Shown: in pieces, positions 48,083 to 60,570 of the stretch
Layout: every line of letters begins with the position of its first letter
Position numbering within the stretch: the stretch's first letter is position 1
Source: Heteronotia binoei
Lineage: Eukaryota
Direction of reading: 5' to 3'
Assembly (NCBI RefSeq): GCF_032191835.1
Contig: NC_083240.1
Span: forward strand, 48,546,001 to 48,610,000
Length of the DNA: 64,000 bases
Notes under the pieces: generated by a model
Seen by the model: the letters and a program-made list of their open reading frames with translations, nothing else
Database searches by the model: none
Told to the model about the DNA's origin: nothing
Made by a program: the position numbers and the translations under genes

Positions 48083-49923
48083 AGGCTCTTAGCAGGCCTC
48101 AGACAGAATTTGAAAAATTTTTACATTCTCTAGCTGATAACAATAACAAATTAGTATCAAAATTTTACAAAATTCTGATTAATATAGAAAAGAAAAGCCC
48201 ATTGAAATACCAGAAAATGTGACAACTGGACTATCAACAAGCTTTTACAGATCAAGATTGGGACACAATCTGGACATTGCCTGCCTACACTTCAAAAATC
48301 CAATCTGTCAAACTGCAGACTATAAAATTAGGAATGCGCTGGTATTTACCTCCAGCGACCCTACAGCACATGGATAATAGTATAGATCCAAAATGTAGAA
48401 AGCAGTGTAGACAAAAAGGAGACTAGATCCACTGCTGGTGGAAATGCCAGTATATGCATCACTACTGGAAACAGATAGTCCAGCATATTTTATATATTAC
48501 TAATATTAATTTATCTTTAAGACCAGATGTTTTGCTCCTGGGGAAATGGGTGGTCCTAATAAAGATAAACAGAAACAGAAACAAAAAATTTACCATCAGT
48601 AGCAAGCACAACATTGGCTGCGAAGTGGATAGATAAAACATCACCTAAAATCTAAAACTGACAACGCCTATGGGACTTTTTTATAATGAGCAAAATCTGC
48701 ACATATACACAGTGAATGCTGAACAATATGAATCAGACTTTATTCCTTTATGGTACCCTATCGTAGAATACCTCACTGAATATAATATAATCCCCACTAA
48801 TCCAACCAAGATTATATATGTTTAGTTTTTAGTTTGTATTATAATAATTGATGCCTAAGATGTACATTTCAAGATTATTGATAAACTTTTTGCAAATTGT
48901 ACATACTTTTATACTTACCTGCAATACCTACCTGTTGTTAACTCTTGTTATCTATTATTGTAACCTTTTCTGGTCTGTTTTAAAAAGAAGCCGCTGCCTG
49001 CATGGAGCTCAGTCAGTCAGGGCCGCCAGCCTGGGCAGAGGGGACCATTCTCCGTGTCTCTCACCCTTTGGCTTGGGGTGACAGGGCCTTGGGACCTTCC
49101 GGCATGCAGAGTGGTTGCTCTGCCGGGGAGCCATGGCCTCCAGTGAGCTGCTTTCTCCAGTGTGGCCTTGTTCATTTGTTTCCTTTGTGTGTACCCCACC
49201 CCGCCTTCCTGCCCAGCAGCTGGCAATATTGTTCTCATCTCTGGTTTAGATCACAACTATGTTGTGAGAGATAAGTCAGTCCGAGACTATGTGACCGGTC
49301 TAATGTAACCCCTGCAAGTTTCTGTGGTAGAGTAGGAATTTGAACCAGGGTCTCTTGAGACTCTAGCTACTCCATCACACTGGCTGTCATCCCCCAATTA
49401 GCAATGCCCTGATTGGAGGAAGGATGCAGGGCTGTGAGCAGCAACATTTTCTAATCCAAGAGCCAAAGAGCATCACAGTTCAGAGCGAGAGACCCAGAAT
49501 GGGGCAGCACAAGGAAGGGCTTTTGCACACCTAAAACCAGCTAACTTGATATTACCAATAATCCAGCCCAAATACTGGTGGTGGCGAGTCCTTTATCATG
49601 AAGTGGTCCACACAAGGTCTCACCAGGTGGAATCGACGTATCCAGGACCACTCGGGAAATCTGTGGGTGGTTTGCCCTTGGAGTACTGCCTCCCCCTTCC
49701 CAGTCTTTCCCTGCCATTCCCTTCCTGCACCGCTGATTCTAGCCTCTCCCCCACCCCACAACTTAATTTTAGATTTAGTATTCTTTTTAAAAGAGTCACA
49801 GTCAGCTGCAGTCCCCTAACATAGGAGGAAGATCCTACAAGCAAGGTATTTCATATCATCCCACCTACCTTTGCGTGGCCAGAGAGTGCTAATTGCCCTC
49901 TGTGATATTCCTTCCCCTTCCAG

Positions 49924-49999
49924 GTGAAGCAGATTATGGAAGAGGCCGTCACCCGGAAGTTTGTTCATGAGGACAGCAGCCATGTGATTGCACTGTGTG
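49924..49999 (+). CDS. SGSM2: SGSM2 second coding exon, 76 bp (start of RUN domain)
   Basis: ccccttccag|GTG AAG...TGT G|gtaagt; [25 protein letters not shown](G). Confidence 0.95.
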
Positions 50000-50289
50000 G
50001 TAAGTGACCCTTCTTGTGGCAAGTGTTCCTTCACACCAAGCGTGACTGATTTGCAGGACTGGGGACTGGAAAACAGGCGAGATGCATTTACGGAGGATAG
50101 CTGCATTGATTGCTATGGGCCATGATGGTGAAGTAAAGTGCCTCTGTATTGAGAGGCAGTCTGTCTCTGAATACCAGTTGAGTGGGGGCAGCCCTATAGC
50201 CAGGAAATTTTGGGCGGAGTGGCTTGGGAGCTGTGGGGCTTGACTGCTTCTTCCCTCCAGCAGCCCACCCATCAGGCCCCAGCTCTCTC

Positions 50290-50620
50290 TCTGGCTGTAG
50301 CTCTTTCACTCTCCCCCATCGCTGTCACTCTCCTGCTTTCTCTCTCGCTGCCACTCACTCTCTCTTGCTGTTGCTCTCTCATTCTTGTGCCATTTCTCTC
50401 ACTTTTGCGCTCTCTCTGCCTCATCTTGCTCTCACTCTCCCCTGCTGTCGCTCTCTCCCCACCCCATGCTGCTGCTCTCCTGCTTTCTCTCTCACTCTCC
50501 CCCACTGTCATGCTCTCTCTCGTCTTGTACTCTCTCTTGCTGCTTCTCTCTCTCTCTCATCTTGGACTCTCGCTCTTTCATTGCTCTCTCATGTATCCTC
50601 TCTCCCCTCCCTCCCTTTTC
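50290..50620. repeat. CT-rich low-complexity tract interrupting an old CR1 3' UTR (about 50070-50770)
   Basis: (ctctc)n-like sequence flanked by CR1 3' UTR-like motifs (ctctgaataccag; ctagatggaactttgacctgatccag). Confidence 0.65.
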
Positions 50621-52645
50621 CATGGGTCCTACAAAGGGAAGGTTTTTTTTTAATAGAGTGGCTTGGCCCCTCGGGCCTCAGTAGGGGGGCAGTAACAAGG
50701 GCCTCTGTGTCTTGCTTGTAGACTGACTAGATGGAACTTTGACCTGATCCAGGAGGGCTCACCTTAAATATTTCCCTTGATTCTAAGCAGAACTCAGATT
50801 TTCCCCTTCTTCAAACCACCCCATAATAAAAAGTCTGCCAAGAAAACGTGATGTGAGGTCACCCCATGGGTCACTAATGACTCGGTGATTTACCTTTTCT
50901 TAGTTGCCTGGTAGTGCAAGTGCTTTTAGCTTCTGGGTAAGAGCTTGGACCTCCCTGCCATAGAAAGCAAGCTGTACTGGCATGCTTTGCTTGCCTTGGA
51001 TTTTTTTTTCTGGGTGGGGGGGTAGGATGTTTGGGTGCAGAACTGTAACCCAGGCAGGGCTAATGTCAAGGAAGAAGGATGGAAAATGGTCATGTACCTC
51101 CAGCTCACACATTTTTGTCTTAGCTCAGGAAGGGTGGCCCCAGAGCAAACTAATTTATGCAGCAGTCAGATTGCTCACTCAGAACTTTAATGCTAGCAGC
51201 TCACAAAGCAGAATGTTTGCTCACCAAAGTCCACAGCTTGGAGGAAGCATCACTATACATAGCTCTCTAATTGATTTAGGTGTGCCCCACTTCTCATTCC
51301 ATGGGGATGCAAAGCAACTTATAACATTGTTCTCCCCTTCTTCATTTTATTCTGACAACAGCCTTGTGAGGTAGGTTTGGCAGAGAGAGAGAAAGAGACT
51401 GGCCCAAGGTGATGTGACGAATTCCAGGGCACAGTGCGGGATTCAACCACAGGCGCGCAGAGGCTGACCATTCTTTTTCAGTGACAGGACGGCCAAAGCC
51501 ATGTTGTCTCTTCTCCCCCCTCCCCCTGCTTGATCAGAAGTGGCACAGCAGCCTGTGTTCCTGTGTCCCCCCCTCCCCCCCGCAGAAAGCCTACAAGAGT
51601 GTCACAGCCGAAGGTCATGTTGTCCCTCAGCAGCTGGGATTCAGAGGTTTGCCAAGGCTGCACATGGAGGTTCTCTTGTTCAGTCACAGACTTGAGTCAT
51701 CATGTGTGGGAGTGGGGAGGGGAGTGGGGTGGTCCTGAGTGCTTCAAAACTGCCTGGCTGAAAAGGCCTCTGCCTGAGACTTGGGGGGGGGGGGCTGCCC
51801 GTAAATCCTGAGCTGGGGGACCAAAGTCTGGCACTGCTCTAGAGCAGTTTTGTGGGCCAGTTTCTCTTCTGGCTCATTCCATCTCCTCTTGTGCTGGAGC
51901 TGATAATCTCAGATGGCTGCTGTGAAGTGCTGGCTGTTATTACATTTGATTGACACCCGCTGCTCAAAAGTAATGATTTTTGATTGATTCATCATTTGAA
52001 GAAAATAAAAACGATCCTCCTGCTAGGCTTTTTTTCTTGTGGGAAGGCTGGTGTGTTGGAGTTATTGCCTTGCCTTGTGGGTAGCAGTTTATATTGCCAA
52101 TAATTCTTTGCTGTTGCCTGGTTAAGAGCCCCAGTTGCAAAGCTGTAAAATTTCCGAGGTGATTCGCAGCCCACATTGCAGCCTAGTTAAGTTGCAGAGC
52201 TATAGCCACTGTTGCTGTCTTGCCACAACCCCCAGCCCTCCCCCACAACCTGGACAGATGTGTTGTGGCCAAAGTGTGCATAGGTATGTGGTGTTATCTT
52301 CTCGGTGTGTCTGTATGTATGTCTCTATATAAAATGAGCACAATGACAGCAACTGGTGATGATGCATGTTAATTCATCTCTATTTAGATACTTATACCCT
52401 GCTTTTCTTCCCATTGGGGACCCAAAGCAGTTTGTGATCTTGTCCTCCTCACCACTAGTTTGTCCTCAAGTCCACCACCCTGTGAAGCATTTGGGCTAAG
52501 AAAGAGTGTCTCTTCCTCTGGCCAGGTTTCCCTGGCAGCAGAGATAGGGGTTGAGCCTGGGTCTCCCAGATTGCTCCAGCATCTTGGTGCACTGCTGGGG
52601 GGGGCTCTGTTCTCAGATTCATACAATCAATTTGCTGATAAATTC

Positions 52646-53913
52646 TAAGAACATAAGAGAAGCCATGTTGTATCAGGCCAATGGCCCATCCATTCCAACG
52701 CTCTGTGTCACACAGTGGCCAATATATGTGTGTGTGTATACACACACACACACACACATATATGTATACTGTGGCTAATAGCCACTGATGGACCTCTGCT
52801 CCATATTTTTATCTAATCCCCTCTTAAAGCTGGCTATGCTTGTAGCCACCACCACCTCCTGTGGCAGTGAATTTCACATGTTAATCACCCTTTGGGTGAA
52901 GAAGTACTTCCTTTTATCCATTTTAACGTGACTGCTCAGCAATTTCATCGAATGCCCACAAGTTCTTGTATTGTGAGAAAGGGAGAAAAGGACTTCTTTC
53001 TCTACTTTCTCCATCCCATACATAATCTTGTAAACCTCTATCATGTCACCCCGCAGTTGACATTTCTCCAAGCTAAAGAGCCCCAAAGTTTTAACCTTTC
53101 TTCATAGGGAAAGTGTTCCAAACCTTTAATCATTCTAGTTGCCCCTTTCTGGACTTTTTCCAATGCTATAATATCCTTTTTGAGATGTGGTGACCAGAAT
53201 TGTACACAGTATTCCAAATGAGACCGCACCATTGATTTATACAGGGGCATTATTATACTGGCTGATTTGTTTTCAATTCCCTTCCTAATAATTCCCAGCA
53301 TGGCTTTGGCCTTTTTTATTGGAATTGCACACTGTCTTGACATTTTCAGTGAGTTATCTACCACGACCCCAAGATCTCTCTCTTGGTCAGTCTCTGCCAG
53401 TTCACACCCCATCAACTTGTATTTGTAGCTGGGATTTTTGGCCCCAATGTGCATTACTTTGCACTTGACCACATTGAACCTCATCTGCCACGTTGATGCC
53501 CACTCACACAGCCTCAACAGATCCCTTTGGAGTGCCTCACAATCCTCTCTGGTTCTCACCACCCTGAATAATTTAGTGTCATCTGCAAACTTGGTCACTT
53601 CACTGCTTACTCCCAACTCCAAATCATTAATGAACAAGTTAAAGAGCATGGGACCCAGTACTGAGCCCTGCAGCACCCCACTGCTTACCATCTTCCAGTG
53701 TGAAGACTGCCCATTTTTACTCACTCTCTGCTTCGTATTAATTAGCCAGTTTTTGATCTACAAGAGGACCTGTCCTTTTACTCCATGACTCTCAAAATTA
53801 CTAAGGAGCCTTTGATGAGGAACTTTATCAAAAGCTTTCTGGAAGTCAAAGTAAACAACATCTATTGGGTCTCTTTTGTCCACATGTTTGTTCACCTCCT
53901 CAAAGAACTGTAA
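52646..53913 (-). mobile_element. 5'-truncated CR1 LINE, young
   Basis: Open 227-aa RT C-terminal ORF 53041-53724 (SGVLQGSVLGPMLFNLFINDL...KFADDTKL); 3' hairpin and ttatgttctta tail at 52646-52715. Confidence 0.95.
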
Positions 53914-54890
53914 TGCAAAACTTAAAATGTAAACTAAAACATATAAAATGCTCTGAGCCTAGGAAAACATGAAATGGCTGGGCATTGCAAACTCCCCCCC
54001 CCCCCCGGTCTACTCAGAGTGGCAATGGCTCTTGTGTAATGTCCCCCTTCGGCTGTGGGTTCTCAGGTTAGAGTACTCATTCAGGCACCCATTCTCTGCA
54101 GAGACAAGCTGGCTCAATTTGTACAACAACTACAGCTAACGTACAGCACTGGAAAAGCTCCACCCAATAGGGCCAAACTAAATCACACAGATATCAGTGC
54201 AGGGCAGCAAATAGTTCCATTACATATGTACACATATATGTATACATGGCTTTTTGGTAGAAAAAGCCCAGCAGGAATTCATTTACATATTAGGCCACAC
54301 TCCCTGGTGCTGAGCCAGCCGGAACTGCATTCCTGTGCATTCCTGCTCAAAAAAAGCCCTGTACATATTTACAATAAAGATACACTCCAAGGTCTCAGGG
54401 TTTTTTACAGGGTGGTTTAAGACAGGAGAGGCCTGAAGGCCCGCTGGAGGTAATGGGAGCCAGGAATGTCAATGGACTTGCTTGAGCTCCATTGAAATAC
54501 ATAGCAGCACAAAAAAAATTTCAAAGAAATTGTGGAATGGTTTTACCATTAAGGTCTCTTGGCCCAGGTAGACGACTCTGGGAATGGGGAATCCATTCCA
54601 TATTTTCTTTGCAGCTTTTTTCCTCCTGGAGTGTATTTCAGCAGAGCCCAGAGAGGAAAGAGAAATTGGGAAGTTTGGCAGCCACGCCTTCTGCTCCCTG
54701 TGCTCAGCTGCAGCTTGAGCCTGAGCTTAGAAGGTTGAGGACAGGCAGAGGAGGGGGAGAAGAGAGCAGGGGACCGGATCAAAGCCTGGGCGAGCTGGTT
54801 CTGGCCCATGGGCCATACGTTTGACACTCCTGCTTTAACCATTGCACCACATTGGGTCTCAGCCCTTTTTACATTTCCATATTAATTGTG

Positions 54891-55195
54891 GAGGAAGAAG
54901 ATGATGATGTTGGATTTAGAAGAAGATACTGGAGTTATACCCTGCCTTTCACTCTCAGTTATCAGAATCTCAGAGCGGCTCACAGTCTTCTTTATCTTCC
55001 TCCCCCACAACAAACACCCTGTGAGGTAGGTGCGGCTGAGAGAGTTCTCCCAGAAGCTGCCCTTTCAAGGACAGCTCTGTGAGAGCAATAGCTGACCCAA
55101 GGCCATTCCAGCAGCTGCAAGTGGGGGAGTGGGGAATCAAACCCGGTTCTCCCAGATAAGAATTTGCACACTTAACCACTACACCACACTGGCTC
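54891..55195 (-). mobile_element. Squam3-like SINE with duplicated tail segment
   Basis: Collinear with 14941-15216; tail reads gaagaagatgatgatgttggattta-gaagaagatactggagttata. Confidence 0.8.
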
Positions 55196-55621
55196 TGCAC
55201 TGAATTGCAGCTGCATTGAAGGCGTCTGCACTTGTGTCATTCTGCCTAGTCACAAATCCAGAATACAAGCACAACCTTCAGCCTGGCCTGGCTGGCCTAT
55301 TCTTCTCATTTTGCTCTGGATGTAGAATATTTATTTCCAAAATGCCTCTCCAGAAACCACGTCCCTCTGGGGCCAAAGAGTAGCAAGTTAACCCCTTGTT
55401 AGTCCAGCTCCTTGTTGCTGTCAACAGACTTAATAAATTTTTGGAAGGCATTGAGGGCTGGGTGCCTGCTCCCCTGAGCAGGGACATAATTAAATGCTGT
55501 GAGTGCTGAAGGCAGGGAGGCAGGCGGTTCAACTAACTGCACCTTGGCAGACTGAATGACAGAATGCCAGCGCTTGAGATTCAACAACTATTTTCTGTGG
55601 CCATAGTTTATTGGTGTAGAT

Positions 55622-55756
55622 CAGGGGTGGCCAATGGTAGCTCTCCAGATGTTTTTTGCCTTCCACTCCCATCAGCCCCAGCCATTGGCCATGCTGCCTG
55701 GGGCTGATGGGAGTTGTAGGCAAAAACATCTGGAGAGCTACCGTTGGCCACCCCTG
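55622..55756. mobile_element. palindromic hAT MITE (135 bp)
   Basis: caggggtggccaa...ttggccacccctg; 8-bp TSD gtgtagat / gtgtatat. Confidence 0.85.
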
Positions 55757-56388
55757 GTGTATATCACTACACTAAATCTGTCTCAGTGTCTGACTCCTTT
55801 GCATACTATTTTGGAAACTGACCCTGCTCAGAATGACTCATCCTCTGTAGTCAGAGGGCTTCTGCTGAAATGAGACACATTTTACTTTTTTTTTTTTTTT
55901 GACTGGCAGTGTAACAAAGTTGATTAGAAAACATGTCTACCAACTAGTGGGGAGTTCATAATTTTTTCTTGGGCTTTCTGGGTGCCAAGAACGATATTTA
56001 TTGAGGTGCAGTGATTAGTGTTGGACTGTGATGGGGCAGATCAGAGTTCAAATTCCTGCACTTCCATGAAGTTTGTAGATAGTATGTTCAATGCAGTTTC
56101 TTTTCCTAGGCTTAGGCTGGACTGTCCTGTGAATGATCCTGGGTCAGTCTCAGACCCTTTCTGTCACCCAGGCACACCCCCCATCTCTTTCTTTCTGGCA
56201 GCCTAATCTACTTTACAGGGTTGTGGTGAGAATAAAAGGTGGGTGAGTGGGAGAGTGCACTGTATATGCTACCTTGATCTCCTTGGAGGAAGGGTGGGAT
56301 TAAAGAAACTAAATAGATGCTGGGATTACACATTTTCAAGAAGATGATAATGCTGATCTATCTTGAGGACTGTCAGTATTACTGAGTC

Positions 56389-56569
56389 CAGGGCTTCTTT
56401 TTTGTAGCAGGAACTCCTTTGCATATCAGGCCACACACCCCTGATGTAGCCAGTCCTCCTGGAGCTTACAGTAGGCCCTGTACGAAGAGCCCTGTAAGCT
56501 GGAGGACTGGCTACATGAGGAGTGTGTGGCCTAATATGCAAAGGAGTTGCTGCTATAAAAGAAGCCCTG
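56389..56569. mobile_element. palindromic hAT MITE (181 bp, family B-related)
   Basis: cagggcttc...gaagccctg; exact 8-bp TSD actgagtc; arms of about 75 bp are nearly perfectly inverted. Confidence 0.9.
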
Positions 56570-57604
56570 ACTGAGTCAGCATTTGTGAAGAGGGGGCGTC
56601 ATTTGAAATCTGCCATCTAAGTGCTGCATGTGGTTTCATGGAAGTTGAGAATGGAGTTGGATGAAAAAATATGCTTCTGTCAAAACATTTCTATCCTTTC
56701 CCAAATTTAATTGCTCAAAGTGGCTTATGCTGAATGCAGCCTAGTGACTTTGGGAAATCTGGCCTCTCCCCTTGCTTGAGAGAAAGGGCTGTTCTACGCA
56801 GGCCAGGGAGTGGCTAATCCCTTCAATTATGGATGGATTTAAAACATTTGTACACGGCTTTTCCAGTCCTCCTGCACATCAGATTCCATGCAGATTCAGT
56901 TAAAAACAAAACACAACACCTTGCAGGGCATTAGTGGGAATGAAATGGAGGAGAGAGTGGTGGGAGTTACGTTGGGTCCCTTTGAGGGTTAAAGACAGAG
57001 TATAAGTGAGGTAAATAAATAAATCTTGTTGATAGCAGCTCTGCCAAGCAGGCAATCGGAGGACGTTGCCACTTGGGTCTGGTGTTGACTGGATGGGCTG
57101 AGCAGGCCAGATAACTTGGTTAGTATAGTGGGGGCACTGGTGGCACGTGCCAGCGGGGGCCCCATGCCCAGTCTCCCTCTGCCCAGAATGAACACAAGGG
57201 AAAGAACTAGCCGCTGCTGTGGAAAGCCAGCTGTGGTAGTTCTAGATGTCTCTTGTAACCCTTCTGGTTTGGGTTCCTGGGTTCTGGTTAGAAAAAGTGG
57301 GGCACCTCACATTAGAAGCCTTCTGGATCTGAGACCCTTTGCTGGTGCTAGAAACGCTTGAAAAAAGGAGTCCCTGGACTGTCTTCGGGAGCTGTCTGTG
57401 GTGCTGAACTGGAGTATATCAATAAAGGCTGGGTGTGTGTATCTCTAGGCAATTTGTTGCTCTCCCTTTCTGTTTGCTCAAGCGCTGGTTAATTTGATGT
57501 CAGCAGGAGAGGATTTTTGGGGGTCATTTATGACTGCTTTAAACGTGGTGCCAGTGAGGCACTAACACTCTCCTTTTTGTGGACATTCCACAGTATGTTG
57601 GTAT

Positions 57605-57900
57605 AAGGTAAAGGTAGTCCCCTGTGCAAGCACCAGTCGTTTCCCACTCTGGGGTGACGTCGCATCACGATGTTTTCGCGGCAGACTTTTTACGGGGTGG
57701 TTTGCCATTGCCTTCCCCAGTCATCTACACTTTCCCCGCAGCAAGCTGGGTGCTCATTTTACTGACCCTGGAAGGATGGAAGGCTGAGTCAACCTTGAGC
57801 TGACTACCTGAACCCAGCTTCCGCTGGGATTGAATTCAGGTCATGAGCAGAGAGCTCAGACTGAAGTACTGCAGCTTTACCACTCTGTGCCATGGGGCTC
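57605..57900 (-). mobile_element. full-length Sauria SINE
   Basis: Minus tRNA head (tggcacagagtgg A box, gaattcaatccc B box), BovB-derived 3' part, (ACCTTT)n tail. Confidence 0.9.
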
Positions 57901-58644
57901 TTATGTTGGTATAAGCTGCATGCAAAATTGTGTAGCTGCTTTGCATGAGGAACAGCTCAGTTGAAATGAGACACTGTTTGAGTGTGTCCATGCGTGCACC
58001 AAAACTTAAGCAGGTTTTTTTGTTTGTCAGGGCCATGGATAAATCAGTTTAAGAGGAGATTTGCCAGAGCTTCTTGTTTGCTACCAAAAAATAAACTAGA
58101 CTAGGCTATTTTGTATTTTGTTTTCTCCTTAAATAAAAACAGCAAGTGTTACAGTCCTAGAGTGTTTCTTTTTCTAGAATCTCCTGAATAGGAACAGAGG
58201 GAACAGCAGAGTTAGCATGCTAACTTTGGGGAGGGGGGGAAAAATCTGATTTCCTCCATTATTCCCTGCCCTCCTTCCTGATACACGCCAGGCTTGTTAA
58301 TTCATCATCCCCACCAGCCATTCTGATTTATTAAGCATGTGTTTATTCTGTCATTCCTCCTTGGAAACAAAGGCCACATGCAATATTCTTCCGCTTCCAT
58401 TTTATAATCACAGTAACCCTCTAAGGTAGGTCAGAGTGAGAGTGTGATTGAATGACTGGCTCACCATCAGTGAACTACACATCAGAGTATGAATTTGAAC
58501 CTGGAACTCTGCAATCCTAATACCACACTCTCTGACGGGGCAGTTTAAAACTCTTCAGTGCTAGCCTCAATAACTTTTGTAGAGGCTATACATTCAGGTG
58601 AGATATTATTGGTCTGAAGCAACAGAATAAAGTGAGTTCAGAGG

Positions 58645-58778
58645 CACCTTTAAGACCAGCAAATTTTAAATCTGGGCATAAGCTTTAATGTGCAGGCACA
58701 CTTCTTCATGTATCTGAAGAAGTGGGCATGCACACAACAGCTGATACCCAGAATTAAACTTCGTTGGTCTTAAAGGTG
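58645..58778. mobile_element. Penelope-like palindromic pseudo-LTR fragment
   Basis: cacctttaagacca...tggtcttaaaggtg inverted arms centred on cttcttca-tgtatc-tgaagaag; CTGAAGA at 58714-58720. Confidence 0.7.
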
Positions 58779-60094
58779 TCAAGCATGTGATTTCCTTCTT
58801 TGTAAAACTGTATTTTTAACTGTTATTCTAGTGTACTACACATCAAAGCCATATAACCTGTTCTTTAGTTCTCACTAGTAGCAGATGCAGGAATGTCCGC
58901 TTTGAAGATAAAGTCTCCTGGGATACTTTCCCAGGCTCAAACCTGGACCCAGGATGTTGCTAAACCACAAGAACAGATAAAGTAGCTAGAGTGTTAGTTT
59001 CACACACCTGTGTTAGAATTCCTAAGATACCTTTGATGTGCCCCCTTAAAATTAGTATTCTTGAGTTACACTGTATCACGTCCAAACTGGTGCCTACCCG
59101 AGCACAATGGATTATCAATAAACCAATACTTTGTTTCAAAATCGATTGTTTATTTTGAGTTCTAATGCTTGACATTTTGGAAGTGATCCCCTTTAAAGTT
59201 CAACAGACCTGGTAACTTCCAAGCCGAATGGCTGAAGGAGCTCTAGATAACAGTGAACCGATCAAACCGCTGGAGAGAATAGAGGTGCGGACCCCCCCCC
59301 CCTTGGCACATCATCGACGCAAGGCGAGTCGCGGGGTGCGGGTCCCCTCTACACGTCCAACAGCTGTTCATTACTTCACAAAAGTGGGAACCACGAACCT
59401 CCACCTCCCTGATGGAGGAGGCCCCAGTCCATCGGGAGGCCATCCTAACTAGACTGGCTCGAGGAGGACGGGGCGGTGGAACTCCAGGGGGCGACCGGGA
59501 ATTGTGCCCTCTCGGGGACGGAGATGGACGCAAAGATGGACGCAAAAGGTGCCTCTGGACTCAAACTGACAGTAAAATATGACATCTTTAAGAGCACCCA
59601 TTCCTTTAACTGTCCTTGGTGAATAGCCAAAGGGTTTAAGAGAAGCAGGGTGCTGTAAGGGCTGGAGGGCTGTGCTGCAACCAGGAAGGCACTGGCTCAA
59701 ATCATCTCTCAGCCATTACGTGAAATAAGTCGTCTTGTGCCTCTCAGCCTCACTTACACCACAGGGTTGTTATGAGCCTGCTTGTGGCATAGGGGCGGGA
59801 TATAAATCCAAAAATTAAATTAAAATACGGGAGGGATTGCCTTCCTGAGTTCTTGGGGAGGGGGGGATGGGCAGGGTAAAAATGTACTGACCAGAGATGT
59901 AGCAACCATATAATCTACACTATCCTATTCTCCTGTACTTTATAAAATGCCATTGTGTTATATTTGTTTAATAAGTTTAGGTATTTAGTATATCTGTGGC
60001 ACATGAGGAGTTGTGGAAGGAGATAAATAATTAGGAGCCTTTTTCTCCTTCACTTACAGTGCCATCCTAGCAGTTAGATCTGAGTCCAGAAGAA

Positions 60095-60570
60095 GCACTG
60101 AGGTCAATAAAGGTTTCAGGGTCCAAGTTTCCGAGAGTCAGCGCTCCCTTGTCAGGCACCAGCAGAGTGGAAAAAAGGGAGTGCTCTTGAGTCCTCCTTT
60201 GGTCCCAGTGGAGAGGGAAGGAGGGGGGCTGCATAGCATGCTTGTAAAAGAGGCAAAGGGGGTCCTGCGCAGGTTGTAACCAGCTCTGATTAGAGGAGCA
60301 GAGGGGAAATGCTGGAAGGGGGGGAAGGAAATGAGTTAAGAATCCTATAATGTCCTTGTTCAGCCTCGGGATGTGTGGAGGTGTTTCCATTGTTCTGAAC
60401 TTGTGAATGATCTCAGGCTCAGCAATCTCACATTGTAATTTCCTTGTGAAGTTTTTGTTTGTTTGCTTGTTTGAGGATCACGTTTCTTAAGTCAGCAATG
60501 GATTGTTAAAATGCTCTCCCACTGGTTTTTTAGTGTTGCCATTTTTAAATGTTGGGTTTATGTCCATTTC
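60095..60570 (-). mobile_element. Penelope-like element 3' fragment (GIY-YIG endonuclease C-terminus plus pseudo-LTR)
   Basis: Minus FKNGNTKKPVGEHFN...RKLQCEIAEPEIIHKF...RLNKDI matches the PLE GIY-YIG end; hammerhead-like core at 60128-60155. Confidence 0.7.

Larger units (their letters stand above)
44594..48985 (+). mobile_element. decayed L1-clade LINE ORF2 (APE endonuclease, RT, C-terminal Cys motif) with two nested insertions
   Basis: KIMTYNVRGLNNK, FIQETHL, GRFIYVNG, MGGDINC; FKPISLLNVDTKIFTKILANR, LDTTKAFDSV, RGTRQGCPVSP, YADD; CRKQC...HCWWKC. The 3' boundary is approximate. Confidence 0.9.

Noticed and set aside
50210-50721. Leu/Ser-rich, membrane-protein-like ORFs
   Set aside because: Translation of a CT-rich low-complexity tract.
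57840-57900. tRNA gene (also 15150-15216 and 55130-55195)
   Set aside because: These are SINE heads with A/B boxes continuing into SINE bodies; no complete cloverleaf.
280-59300. Frequent G/C homopolymer runs of 10-14 nt as a functional signal
   Set aside because: Scattered through repeats and unique DNA with no periodicity; looks like genome-wide background.
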